Shown here: in pieces, positions 50,720 through 61,900 of the stretch
How positions within the stretch are numbered: position 1 is the stretch's first letter
Layout of the letters: each line of letters begins with the position of its first letter
From: Myxococcota bacterium
Lineage (GTDB): Bacteria; Myxococcota_A; Polyangia; Nannocystales; Nannocystaceae
Reading direction: 5' to 3'
Assembly: GCA_039028615.1 (NCBI GenBank)
Contig: JBCCHT010000021.1
Span: 1 to 64,000, forward strand
Length of the DNA stretch: 64,000 nt
Translations under genes and position numbers: made by a program
Notes under the pieces: generated by a model
Database searches by the model: none
What the model was told of the DNA's origin: nothing
What the model saw: the letters and a program-made list of their open reading frames with translations, nothing else

Positions 50720-52177
50720 ATGCCCATCCAGACGGACAATAACCCGGAATATCGCGGTCCCAAGGGGTTCAACAAGTATAGTCCGCTGAAAAAGCTACAG
50801 TTGGCCGCTGGTGACAGTGCGCACTACGACGCGCTCGTCAGCAGCCGAGAAACGCTACTCAAGGCTCCAGCAATCTTCCCTGCGGAACTGCTACTGGTCA
50901 TGCCGGACTGGGATGCGGCGGTGAACCAAGAGAACGCTCATGGCGGCAATCGACCTCCGCTGGTGGTGGTCTCGAGCAACCGCGCGGATTGGATCCTCGC
51001 AGGATTCAACCGAGCGACGGCGGTCCTTCATGCTCTTGGCGGCGGGCTGACCCACTTCAACAACATCAACGATGTCCGTGCACTCCTCGGCCCTACACCG
51101 GACCCTCAGTCTCCACCAGTCTACTGCCCCTTACGCCTGGGTCCTGCGCCGCGCCGTAGTGTCTATATCATCGTTCATGCGGCGGAATACGACTACTACA
51201 AGACCAAGCTGAGCGGCACCGGGGTCACGATTGTCGGCTGGCAGTTCAAACAACCGACCACAGGTCCCGTTGGCACGAACCCATTCAGTGGTTTCGGCGC
51301 GAGCCGGTTCGCAGCCATCGAGTTCCTCAAGACGCTGAGAAACAAGGCGCATGCGGCTGGAGGGGCCTACCCGTGGGGCAAGGCCTGGCTCTTCGACGAC
51401 AACGTCATCGGGTTCAGGTTGTTCGCCGGTCTCACGGCCGTCGAGACGGCCATGGGGGCCACCGACGTCTGCGCTGGATTCAACGGGCTCATCCAACCGA
51501 ATACACGGGATGAGAACCGAAAGTGGGCGAACGGTCAGCCGCCGAATAAAAAGGACGGTACGAATCTTCCTGCGCTGAAGGCCTCCAGGCCACCAGGCCT
51601 CGTTCAGCAAGCCTCACTTTGGAATATCGACTACATCGAGGCGCAAAATGTGAACTTCAGCCCGATCTTCGTCGCCTCCAAAGAAGATGTGAGCCTCACG
51701 CAGTACTTCAATACGAAGCCGATCACGTACCAGTGGTACGCGATCGACATATTCAAAGAGCCCGCGGGGTATGACAACAGCCCGGGCGCGGGCATCGTCA
51801 ATACCGCCCGGCAGGCGTTCACCAATTACTTCTCCACTCCAGAAGACAGCGTGTCGCTCGATGCCCCGTCTGCCCCCGCCACCACCGCGAACCCGACGCC
51901 ACCGCGGACGACTCAGACGCTACGGCACTTCGTGGACAATGTGGTGCTGCCGGGCTCGGTGAACGTCGATGCAACGCAGGCTGCCAACGCGGACATCCAA
52001 CGGCTGGCGGTCTGCCACAGCATCGAATCGGTACTGACCAGCGCGGTCAAGGGCGACTTTCCACCACCCGCGAAAGCAGCCCCGTACGCTTCGTATTTGG
52101 CGCCGGCCTCCGTCAGTGAGATGTTCAACCCCCCAGGCGGTGCCACGGTCACCGTCACCGCACGCGACGTTTCCTGA
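50720..52177 (+). CDS. Hypothetical protein with GT-A glycosyltransferase-like motifs (TAGT/GREB1-like)
   Basis: AGGAG RBS before ATG 50720; VVSSNR, IIVHAAEYDYY, GFGASR, AWLFDDN, QQASLWN, KEDV; CDS secure, family call tentative. Confidence 0.6.
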   Translation: MPIQTDNNPEYRGPKGFNKYSPLKKLQLAAGDSAHYDALVSSRETLLKAPAIFPAELLLVMPDWDAAVNQENAHGGNRPPLVVVSSNRADWILAGFNRATAVLHALGGGLTHFNNINDVRALLGPTPDPQSPPVYCPLRLGPAPRRSVYIIVHAAEYDYYKTKLSGTGVTIVGWQFKQPTTGPVGTNPFSGFGASRFAAIEFLKTLRNKAHAAGGAYPWGKAWLFDDNVIGFRLFAGLTAVETAMGATDVCAGFNGLIQPNTRDENRKWANGQPPNKKDGTNLPALKASRPPGLVQQASLWNIDYIEAQNVNFSPIFVASKEDVSLTQYFNTKPITYQWYAIDIFKEPAGYDNSPGAGIVNTARQAFTNYFSTPEDSVSLDAPSAPATTANPTPPRTTQTLRHFVDNVVLPGSVNVDATQAANADIQRLAVCHSIESVLTSAVKGDFPPPAKAAPYASYLAPASVSEMFNPPGGATVTVTARDVS

Positions 52178-52186
52178 GGCCCTCCG

Positions 52187-55100
52187 ATGTCTCTCACCGC
52201 ACTCGTCACCACTCTTCGGGGCCAGGCCGCCAGCTCGAGCATCGAGCTGGACAGCAGCGTCATCGCTTCCGACACGACGCGGGAAGCCATCGCCACCGCG
52301 CTGGCCCTGGGCAGCGGCGCGCACCTGACCATCGCAGGGGTCACCGCGGCCGACATCCCTGACCCCGCCAACGGCAAGGTCGTGATCTCGGTGGGCACCG
52401 CGTCGTTGCTCGGACGCACGGCGGTCCCGATTCACCTGGAGTTCACCGAGCCCCTGTCCACCATCGAGGTCATCATTCGGGCCACGGTGGGGACCGGGTG
52501 GGCGTTCAAAGACAGCTTCAAGGGCCTCGATACCTTCCCCTTCAACCTGCTGACGTTCACCGAGACGGCCTACACGCCACCCCAGTTCGTCTACACCACG
52601 ACGCCGAATTCGGCGTATCCGTGGCCGGACGACGCGGCCCACACGATCGATCTGGCCGCGGCGGGCCTGTACTTTCTCGCCGAGATCGGCGTGACCAGCT
52701 TCACCCTGGTCGGGCAGCTCCTCGGCAAAATCGTGAAGCCGGGGCCGGTCAAGTTCTACGGCCCGTTTTCACCCGTGGCTGGCCAGTCGCTGCCCGTGGG
52801 CAAGATTCGCGCCCCGCTGGGCGACGACACCGACACCTTCGATGTCGGGACCGGGTCCGACAAGCTCACGTTGAGCACTCCGGCCCTGGCCGTGCAGGTC
52901 ACCGAAGCCAAAGACTCGACCGAGCTGCAGCAGGTCGATCTGTTGGTCGAGTCGGTCTTGGACAAAAAGCTCGACATCGGCGTCGTTTTTCCGATCAGCG
53001 GAAACACCCTCGCACTCAACTCGGCCCCTTTGCCGCACGCGAGCTTCTCGATTCCCGACCTCATCGAGACCCTGCCCGGGGGCAGCGACTTCGAGGAGTA
53101 CATCCCAACCGAGCTCGAGAGCGTGTTCGACAACGTTGGGCTCGACTCGTTCTCGATGGTGTTCACGCTGAGTCCCAAGGTTCAGAGCATCGGCCTGGAG
53201 ATCGGCACGATCAAACCCTGGACGGTGATCAAGCCGAACGTGCTGGTACTCGAGAACATGGCGCTACGCATCGCCATCGTGGACCCGTCGGGGATTAACC
53301 TGACTCGGGTGCTCATGTCCGCGAGCGCCAAGTTCCTGCCCAACGCCTTCAAGGGTGATTTCGCGTTTACCGTCAGCTTGGACAAGCAGACGTCCTGGGA
53401 GGTCAGCTCGGTCAGCGGTGTCTACTCGGGGACCGTCAACCTGGGGGACCTGGTAGGCGAGCTGCTCGGCAACCAAGATTCCGTTCCCTCGGCGCTCCGG
53501 GCCATCGGGTTTTCGGACTTCAGTCTCTCGGCCATCCGGGCCGCCCCGGCCGACCCCTTCACCTACTCCTTCTCCGGCAACGCAGAGGTCGGCTTCCCGC
53601 TTCTGGGCACGGAGGTGAGCGCACAGATCTACGTCGGAGTCAGCAAGCCGGGGGCGGGGAACCCAACCGTCAACATGCTCGGCGGGCTCGTGATCGGCAA
53701 ACAGACCTTCTCGCTGAAGCTCGACCTGGCCAAGAGCGGGAGCCTGATGAGCGCGGAATGGTCGACGTCGGGCGAGCCGCTGGGGTTCAATGGCCTGGCG
53801 GATTCGCTGGGCCTCGATCTGCCGCAGATTCCGTCGGGGCTCGACTTGGGCCTGAAGTCCGCCGGGGTCAGCTACGACTTTGGCAAGAGCTCCTTCGCCC
53901 TCGACGCGGAGTCCGTCAACTTCGGCGACGCCACCTTTGCGAGCCTGAAGGTCGCCACGGTCTACCAGTACGCGTTTCAGCTCGAGGTCGGCCACGCCAT
54001 CTCGCTCGCCGACTTGCCCTTGGTGGGCAGCAAGCTGCCCGATGCTCACGCGTTGTCGATTTCGGACATGGGCCTGGTCTACGCGTCGAAGAAATTCGAC
54101 GGGACCCAGATTGGCGAGGTCAATCAATCGCTCGTGCCCCTGACCAAGGCCAAGAAGTTCTCCTCGGACGGGCTCACCCAGGGCTTCGAGTTCAGCGCAA
54201 CCTTGCAGCTGGCGGGCACCACGATTCCCGTGAATGTCGGCGTCCGCACGGATTCGACCAAGCCCACGGGTGGCGGCGGCGGTGGTGGTGAGGCCGACGC
54301 TCTGACCGCGTCTCCCGCGGACGGAACACCCGCGGTGGGGGCTTCTGCGCCCGCGAGCAAAGGCTCTTCGACCACCAAGTGGTTCAACATTCAGCGCCAG
54401 TTCGGGATCTTCCAGTTCAATCGCGTCGGTGTCGGCTACGTCGATGGGGAGCTCACCTTCTCCCTCGATGCGGGCATCGACCTGGGCCCTCTGACCTTCT
54501 CGGTCGACGGTCTCTCCATCGGGACGCCCATCGATGCTTTCGATCCCAGCTTCAACATCGCGGGGTTGGGGCTCGGCTACAACAAGCCCCCGCTCGAGAT
54601 CGAAGGCGCGTTGCTCAAGATCCCGAGCCAACAGCTCGCTCCCGACACCGCCTTCCAATTCGACGGCATGGCGGTCGTCAAGGCGGCCGAGTTCGGCCTC
54701 GCCGCCATCGGATCCTACGCGCAGCTGAAGTCGGGGGACCCCTCGCTGTTCGTGTTCGCGCAGCTCGAGGCTCCCCTCGGTGGGCCTCCGGCCTTCTTCA
54801 TCACCGGTCTGATGGCGGGCTTCGGCTTCAACCGGTCGCTCGCCATTCCGGGGCAGAACGAGGTCACGAGCTTCCCTCTGTTGGTTCTCGGCGCGCCTCC
54901 GGCCCCCGGCGTCAACGCGGCCGCCCAAAACCCCACCGATGTGCTCGACATCCTCGAGGGTCGCAAGGCCCTGCCGGACGGCACCCAAAAGGCCTGGATC
55001 GCGCCCAGCCCCGGTGACTACTGGCTGGGCATCGGCATCGAGGCGACGTCCTTCGAGATCGTCCAGTCCAAAGCGGTCCTGCTGGTGAGCTTTGGGCACG

Positions 55101-56575
55101 AGCTGGTGTTCACGCTGCTGGGTCTGTCGACCATGCAGCTGCCGCAGCCGGTCGAAAGCGCAGAGACCTACGCCTACGTCGAGCTGGGCCTGAAGGCGCA
55201 GCTCAAGCCCGAAGAAGGCTTCTTCGGGCTGTCGGCGGTGCTGAGCGCCAACTCGTACGTGCTGACGCCCGACTGCCATCTGACCGGTGGGTTCGCGTTC
55301 TATCTGTGGTTCGGCGACAACCCGCACTCCGGCCAGTTCGTGGTGACCCTGGGTGGCTACCACCCCGCATTCAAGCCGCCGTCCTTCTATCCCACTGAGC
55401 CGCGCCTCGGCTTCAACTGGGCGGTGAGCAGCAGCGTCTCGATCACGGGGGGCGCCTACTTTGCGCTGACGCCCTCGTGCGTGATGGCGGGCGGTAGCCT
55501 GGATGCGCAGTACCACGACGGTAACCTACGCGCCTGGTTCAAGGCCTATGCCGATGTGCTGATCTCCTGGCGTCCGTTCTTCTTCACGGCGGACATCGGG
55601 GTGTCGATCGGCGTGTCCTATCGGCTCAACTTGCTGTTTTGCCACAAGACGATCAGCGTGTCGCTCAGCGCCTCCGTGGACTTGTGGGGGCCTCCCACGG
55701 GCGGCAAGGTCCACGTGCACATCGTCGTGGTGTCGTTCACCGTGCACTTCGGTTCCGACGGCATCGCGGGTGCCAACGACCCCCTCGGCTGGACCGACTT
55801 CAAGAGTCTGCTGCCGCACCCGAACAACGTCTGCAAGATCACCGTCTCCGACGGCATGTACAAGACGTTGGCGAGCACCGTGAGCAGCAACAAGAAGCTG
55901 TGGGTGGTGCGAGCCCGCAGCTTCAAGTTCTTCACCCAGGCGGCCGTGCCCTCGAGCAAGCTCGCCTACCCGCACTCGACCGACCCCGGCACGACCGACT
56001 TCGATGGGGACCCGGTCGATATCTCGCCCATGAACAAGACGGGCGTCGACTCGACCCACAGCCTCAGCATCTACCCAAAGGGGGGCAGCAAGGCCAGCCC
56101 CATCGACGTCTCGAAGTGGTCGCTCGAAAAGCGCCACGGCAATGTGCCCAAGTCGCTGTGGGGAAAACCGCCGAGCCCATTTACGCAGATTCCCGCGACC
56201 CCCACCGCCGATGTCATCGACGGGTCGTTGGTGGGCTACGAAGTCTCCGCTCCGTCGCCGGAGATCGGACCTTCGCTGGGCCTGGTGAAGCTCACCGACG
56301 TCGGACAAGAGCACATCGCTCCCGAAGGGCAGGCGCCCATCGATGCGTCGGTCCAACCCTCGACCGCGTTCGTACCCGCTGCCGACGCGAGCTCGATCGG
56401 CAAGATCGCCGACATTCAATCCACGGCCAGCAGCGCCCGGGACAGCCTCTTCGGCGTCCTCGATGGCGCAGGGCTCTACAAGGGCCCCAATGAGTCCCTC
56501 GAGGCTCTCGGCCAGGATGCCGAACACCTCTTCAGCGATGCTCCCATGGTGCAGACCCCCAGGAGAAGCGCATGA
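52187..56575 (+). CDS. Large beta-rich DUF6603-like protein (1462 aa)
   Basis: After a Gly-rich linker: KWFNIQRQFG, GLGLGY..PPLEIEG, PSLFVFAQL..PLGGPPAFFITGL.AGFGFNR, CHLTGGFAF, FVVTLGGYHP, LWGPP.GG motifs that I associate with DUF6603. Confidence 0.8.
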   Translation: MSLTALVTTLRGQAASSSIELDSSVIASDTTREAIATALALGSGAHLTIAGVTAADIPDPANGKVVISVGTASLLGRTAVPIHLEFTEPLSTIEVIIRATVGTGWAFKDSFKGLDTFPFNLLTFTETAYTPPQFVYTTTPNSAYPWPDDAAHTIDLAAAGLYFLAEIGVTSFTLVGQLLGKIVKPGPVKFYGPFSPVAGQSLPVGKIRAPLGDDTDTFDVGTGSDKLTLSTPALAVQVTEAKDSTELQQVDLLVESVLDKKLDIGVVFPISGNTLALNSAPLPHASFSIPDLIETLPGGSDFEEYIPTELESVFDNVGLDSFSMVFTLSPKVQSIGLEIGTIKPWTVIKPNVLVLENMALRIAIVDPSGINLTRVLMSASAKFLPNAFKGDFAFTVSLDKQTSWEVSSVSGVYSGTVNLGDLVGELLGNQDSVPSALRAIGFSDFSLSAIRAAPADPFTYSFSGNAEVGFPLLGTEVSAQIYVGVSKPGAGNPTVNMLGGLVIGKQTFSLKLDLAKSGSLMSAEWSTSGEPLGFNGLADSLGLDLPQIPSGLDLGLKSAGVSYDFGKSSFALDAESVNFGDATFASLKVATVYQYAFQLEVGHAISLADLPLVGSKLPDAHALSISDMGLVYASKKFDGTQIGEVNQSLVPLTKAKKFSSDGLTQGFEFSATLQLAGTTIPVNVGVRTDSTKPTGGGGGGGEADALTASPADGTPAVGASAPASKGSSTTKWFNIQRQFGIFQFNRVGVGYVDGELTFSLDAGIDLGPLTFSVDGLSIGTPIDAFDPSFNIAGLGLGYNKPPLEIEGALLKIPSQQLAPDTAFQFDGMAVVKAAEFGLAAIGSYAQLKSGDPSLFVFAQLEAPLGGPPAFFITGLMAGFGFNRSLAIPGQNEVTSFPLLVLGAPPAPGVNAAAQNPTDVLDILEGRKALPDGTQKAWIAPSPGDYWLGIGIEATSFEIVQSKAVLLVSFGHELVFTLLGLSTMQLPQPVESAETYAYVELGLKAQLKPEEGFFGLSAVLSANSYVLTPDCHLTGGFAFYLWFGDNPHSGQFVVTLGGYHPAFKPPSFYPTEPRLGFNWAVSSSVSITGGAYFALTPSCVMAGGSLDAQYHDGNLRAWFKAYADVLISWRPFFFTADIGVSIGVSYRLNLLFCHKTISVSLSASVDLWGPPTGGKVHVHIVVVSFTVHFGSDGIAGANDPLGWTDFKSLLPHPNNVCKITVSDGMYKTLASTVSSNKKLWVVRARSFKFFTQAAVPSSKLAYPHSTDPGTTDFDGDPVDISPMNKTGVDSTHSLSIYPKGGSKASPIDVSKWSLEKRHGNVPKSLWGKPPSPFTQIPATPTADVIDGSLVGYEVSAPSPEIGPSLGLVKLTDVGQEHIAPEGQAPIDASVQPSTAFVPAADASSIGKIADIQSTASSARDSLFGVLDGAGLYKGPNESLEALGQDAEHLFSDAPMVQTPRRSA

Positions 56576-58905
56576 CTTCGAAGCAATTCTCCCACGACAT
56601 TCCGGTCGGGGATATCCAGTTCTACGACGACTACTTGCCGGCCATCAGCGCGGGTAACTGGGTCATCGAGGTCGGCCAGACCCTGACGCACAGTGGCGCG
56701 ACCATCAACGAGGGGGACACGCTCTCGACGGTCCAAGAGTTCGTCGTCAGCGGGCCTCAGGTCCACATGGACCCGAGCACGGTCATCAACAAGTACCCGC
56801 CCAACTCCACATCCGGGAAGTACGGCGAGGTGCTGCCCCATATCGTGCTGGGCGATCCCATGTTCCCGTGGGAGCGCAAGATCATGGATCGCTCGACCCG
56901 CCAGCCGTGGCTGGCGCTGCTGGTCTTCAGCCCCGACGAGCTGAAGGGCCCGCAGAACTCGACCACCCGCCTCACCAACACCACGGTCGCGAAGTTCATC
57001 GCTCCCAAAAGCGGCGTGCTCAAGCCGGCCATCCAGATCGAAGACGACATCGATCAGGACACGCAGGTCTGCAGCTACATCGAGATCTCCACCGACACCT
57101 TCAAGGACGTCCTGCCTCGGCTCGACGAGCTCCGTTTCCTGTCGCACTGCCGCCGGATCAACACGGGCGACAAGGCGATCTTGGGCCTGAACGAAGACGG
57201 CTTGTTCTCGGTCGTGGTGGCCAATCGCTTCCCCGAGCAGCCCGCCACTGGCAAACCGCCGGCTCCCAGCATCGTGCACCTGGTCTCGGTCGAGGGCTTC
57301 GACGCGGTCCTGAACGACAACCCCGACTTCGGCAGCAACACCACGGTCCAGCTGCTCACCTTGGCGTCGTGGACCTTCTCGACGATCGCGGACAACGCCG
57401 AGGACTTCTACGGGTTGTTCAATCACATCGTGGCCGAGGAATACGACGGGCACACCTACACGGCCGACAACATGTTGCTGCGGCTGCCGACCCCCACCAT
57501 CAGCGGCACGGGCCAGGCCCAGACCGAAGCGGCGGACCGCGTGCAGTCGGGCTTCGTCCCTCTCACGTACCACACGCGGGTCGGGGCCGAGACCTTCGCC
57601 TGGTACCGCGGACCCTTGGCGCCGTGTTTCACGACCGAGCTGACGAGGACGACTCCGTTCTTCACCAGTGACGCGGCGTTGATCTACGACGAGACCTTCG
57701 GGGTCTTCGACACCTCGCTGGCCACGGCGTGGCAGATCGGGCGGGCCGTCGCGTTGAGCGACAAGCGTTTCGGGGGCATGGTGCTGGACTTTCGTCGCCG
57801 CGCCCACCGGATCACCGATGCCCTCCTGCATCGATTGCAGAGCGAGCACTTCTCCGCGGCCCAAATCGATCAAGTCGAGCATGACTCGCTGGTCCAGGAC
57901 GAGTTCACCACGCTGCTCAACGCTCAGCTGCTCGCCGACATCGGAAACACCACCCCGCAGCCTGCAGTCCCCGCGGCCGTGCCCGAGGCGGCGACACCGA
58001 CGGATCCCAAAAAGGCGGTGCAGGATTTTCTGGCGCAGCCCGAGGTTCAGGCGACCCTGAAGCAGCTGGTCGCCGCAGACCTCGATCCCATCGCCCAATG
58101 GCTGGCGCGCCTGCTGCTGCTCTATCCCGTGCCCTTCAATCACCTCGTGCCCGACCCGAACATGCTGCCGGTCGAGTCGCTGCGTTTCTTCTATCTCGAC
58201 AACAATTGGATCAGCGCGTTGCTGGATGGGGCGCTCACCATCGGCATGGAGTCGAGCCGGGACACCTTCTTCTACGAGATGACCCACGGGATCCTGCACG
58301 AGGCGGCACATACCGCCGCGAAGTTCGAGCGCTCCCGTCTGACCGGGGTGGACCCCGACCCGCAGGAGGTGAGCGAAGGCCTGGTCAGCGGCTTCTTGCT
58401 CCGCTCCGCCCTCGTCTCCGGGTGGCCCAACCTCGCGGTACGGCCGAAGGTCAGCGCGGGCACCAAGTTGCTCAAGTTCCTACGCTTCGAACGGCTGTCG
58501 CCGAACGTGCTGTTCTGCTTGATCGACGGGGTTCCCGATACGATCGAATTTGCCGAGCCACAGGAGTCGTTTCGCTTCGGCGTCAACGGGAGCGGCGACG
58601 TCCCCCTGCGCAACCTGGTCCCCCCGAAAAACGCGGGAGATCCGGGCCTGGACACCCAGCTCCCGGGGGACCCGATGTTCAAGGTCTACGATGCGAGCGG
58701 AGCGAACGCAGAGCACATGCGCGCCGCGGGCAGTCGGGTCCTGAACATCGACCCCTCGGCCACGACCGGGCTCATTCAAGCCCTGAACACAGCGAACGGC
58801 CAAGCCCACTCGCCTGCCGTGACCAATCCTCCGATGGGCCCCGGGGCATTTGCGATGCAGATGATCGACTCCCCCGAAGTCATCACGTGGCATAGCCAAT
58901 CCTGA
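56572..58905 (+). CDS. Uncharacterised protein (777 aa) of the DUF6603-type cluster
   Basis: ATGA overlap; LPHIVL..P..PWER, PWLALL, VHLVSVEG, WYRGPLAP, AWQIGR, LPVESLRFFYLD..W...LLDGA, GFLLRSALVSGWP motifs. Confidence 0.85.
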   Translation: MTSKQFSHDIPVGDIQFYDDYLPAISAGNWVIEVGQTLTHSGATINEGDTLSTVQEFVVSGPQVHMDPSTVINKYPPNSTSGKYGEVLPHIVLGDPMFPWERKIMDRSTRQPWLALLVFSPDELKGPQNSTTRLTNTTVAKFIAPKSGVLKPAIQIEDDIDQDTQVCSYIEISTDTFKDVLPRLDELRFLSHCRRINTGDKAILGLNEDGLFSVVVANRFPEQPATGKPPAPSIVHLVSVEGFDAVLNDNPDFGSNTTVQLLTLASWTFSTIADNAEDFYGLFNHIVAEEYDGHTYTADNMLLRLPTPTISGTGQAQTEAADRVQSGFVPLTYHTRVGAETFAWYRGPLAPCFTTELTRTTPFFTSDAALIYDETFGVFDTSLATAWQIGRAVALSDKRFGGMVLDFRRRAHRITDALLHRLQSEHFSAAQIDQVEHDSLVQDEFTTLLNAQLLADIGNTTPQPAVPAAVPEAATPTDPKKAVQDFLAQPEVQATLKQLVAADLDPIAQWLARLLLLYPVPFNHLVPDPNMLPVESLRFFYLDNNWISALLDGALTIGMESSRDTFFYEMTHGILHEAAHTAAKFERSRLTGVDPDPQEVSEGLVSGFLLRSALVSGWPNLAVRPKVSAGTKLLKFLRFERLSPNVLFCLIDGVPDTIEFAEPQESFRFGVNGSGDVPLRNLVPPKNAGDPGLDTQLPGDPMFKVYDASGANAEHMRAAGSRVLNIDPSATTGLIQALNTANGQAHSPAVTNPPMGPGAFAMQMIDSPEVITWHSQS

Positions 58906-61900
58906 TGAAACGAGCGACCACCGTGACAACCCCACAACTCGTCGTTCCCGTCAATCTGGACGTCCTGCTGGTCAACCAGCAACTGACCACTCGCGATGGC
59001 CATCTGCGCTGGTGGCAGTTCAACTACATCGCGCTGAAGAACTGGCTGAGCCCCGAGCCCACGGCCGGCGATCGCGACAGCGGCGTCAACCAGCCGGGCG
59101 CCTATCTGCACTGGAGCCTGCCGCGATCGCTGCGTCAGGGCACGCAGGACCGCAAGGACACGTCGATCAACTATCCCTTGGTGCCCAATCGCTGGCTGGT
59201 GGTTCGCGTGTCCGGCACGACGACGCGCACGGCCACCGCATGGGTCGTCGAGAGCGATTGCCCCTTCGGCGCGGCCATCCAGACCCGCTTTCCCAGCATC
59301 GACGTCGGGCAGAGCAGCCAATACTTGGTCACCCCCGAGATCATCCAGGGGTGGCTCGCGAGCGCCGACGCGTATCGCAAGGACACCACGCTCAGCCCGA
59401 CGAGCACGGACCCGCAGGTCGCCAACATCGGCGTCGCTTTTCCGCAGAGCTCTTGGAGCGAGCGCGCCGCTTCGGACCACGGTTTCCTCACCGCGATGGG
59501 GCCGGGCAACGAGGCCTTCAGCACCTACTACGCCCACAACGTCGGCGTGTTCTCGATGTATGACGACCTGAGCGGAGTCGACAAAGACACCCTCAGCTAC
59601 ATGGTGGTCGGTTGGTACGCCAACCCCTCCGACGACGTCTTGGCCCAGGCGCAAGCCAGCGCCGATGCCTACAACGAACTGCTCAGCCAGCTGAAGTGGA
59701 CCCCGGACGAGGGGGCGACCGCCCAGTGTGCAACCAGCGTGTACCAAGGCATGGCCTTGGGCCTCGACTGGGACCCCAGCGGTAGCCCTCCGCCCAACGA
59801 TCCGCTGGAGAAGACGCGTGAGGCCAAGAGCCTCACCGTTTCGCTGGGCAACTCCACCATCGATGCGTTCACCGCCTTGGTGAGCAAGCAGCTCACGACC
59901 GCGGGTCACTCGAACCAGACCGTGCAGCTGCTCGAGGCCTTTCACTACAACCTGTTGCCGGTCATCAATCAGGTCAACGGCCCCGCCCTGCTGGCCGAAG
60001 AGATCCGGGACAGCTGGTACGGCTCCAAACCGGGCGGCTACGGCTGGACGATCGTCGACAAGAAGTCCAATGGCGAAGCGGAGACCCAGCTGACGACGGC
60101 CGAGGCCGCGTGGTTGGCTCAGCTCAACTCCGATCAGGCGAACCTCGACGAGGCCCTCAGCGAGCTGTTCCAGCTGCAGTGGGACCTGAACGCGACTTGG
60201 TACAAGTCGAATCTCCTGCCGACCCTGTTCCCGGCTCCGGACAATACTCCGAGCCAGTCGGATCTGGACGCCGCACTCGATCCCAAGACGAGCCATGGCA
60301 TCACGGCGCAGGTCGTGAGCCAGTACAACAAGGTCAACGCGCTCTTCGAGAAAGTGCCGCGGCCCATCTCGACGAACGCATCCAACCCTCAGCAAGCGCA
60401 ACAGGCTGGCATCGCGGCGTTCGCTGCGACCAAGAGCCTGGACTCCGCCAAGACCCTCAAGGCGGTGACGGCAGGTCGGTACTACAAGGCCACCAACCCG
60501 GTCATGATGCTATCGGGGGTGCAGCCGCCCGCGGACAGCGACCCCAACCAGGCGCTGCAGGTCCGTACTACGTCGACACTGGTGACGGCATTTTCTGCCG
60601 CGAGCACCACCATCGATGCGGCCAAGCTCGGCTCGACCATCCCGGCACTACCGAGCGTGGCCAACCTCAATGCTGCCGTCCCCGCGCTGATGGCAGAGTT
60701 CTTCCTGCTCGACCCGAGCAACGCACCGGTCATCGCCACGGCCTTGAGCATCTCGGAGAGCGACGTGCAGAGCGTGATGACCGGGCACCAGGCGGCCAAC
60801 TACACCGGGCCGCTTCCCGAGCTGGACCTGCGCCTGTGGCAACAGCAGTGGAGCCCGCTCTACGTCGAGTGGAAGATCAAGTACACCCACATCCCATACC
60901 AGAACAAAGCAGGCACGACCCGCTACTGGAGCTTCGATGGCACTGGGTACCAGTACACGCCGGGGGGCACGGCACCGACCACCACCGATCGTGAGGTGAG
61001 TGGGATCTCGATGCTGGGTCCGAGCGCGCAGTTCGTGTTCAAAAAACGGCTCGAAGACTACCTAAAGAAATACCCCAATGCCGATCTGTCGCAGCTGGAC
61101 CAGTGGATCGAGCAAATCGACGACTGGAAGTTCCTCAGCCAAGAACTGACCGGTTTCCACGACCTGTTGGCCATGCACGATCACCGCGCCTTTCGGCGGC
61201 CGATCGACAGCGATAGGGTCGGGAGCGGCCCGGCCCTTTCCGTCGCAGACCTGGCTGGTTTCCCGACCGGATCGAAGCAGGGGGCGACCACCCTGCCCAG
61301 CAGTTTTCAGGGCAACGTGGGGTCGCTCCCAAACCTGCCCAACGGACCCGTCTACGAGTTTCAAGGGGTTCGTTCTGGACAGGGCTACTTCGAGATGTTG
61401 CGGCTCTACGACAAGTTTGGACGAACGCTTTGGATCATCGAAGAAGGGGAGAGCACCGGGCTGCACGATGCCGCCAACTTCCCCTTGATTCGGGATCCCG
61501 ATCTCACCCCCGATCCGGCGCATACCGTGCCGACCGGCATCGCGGCCGTCGCCCAGTTTCCCCCCACGTGCTTGCAAGAAAGTCGCCTCGAGTTCGACCT
61601 GGTCGATGCGACCGAGGAGACGAAGGTCCTCGACCGCTCTGCCGGCGTCAATCCCATCGGAGGCTGGGTGCTGCCCAACCATCTGGATGGGTCCATTCTC
61701 CTGTTTTCGCCCACGGGCGAGGCGCTGGGCGAGTATCGTCTGTTCGCGCAGGACGGCGGTACCAAGCAGGGCGCCTGGACGGCTCCGGCCCATAGCCAGA
61801 TCGAGACCCTCGCCGACGTCCAGGCCGCCGCGCCCCTGCTGCACTCGATGATCACCGCCTCGGGCTTCGGCACCCAGGCGGCATTCGAGACCTTCCTCGA

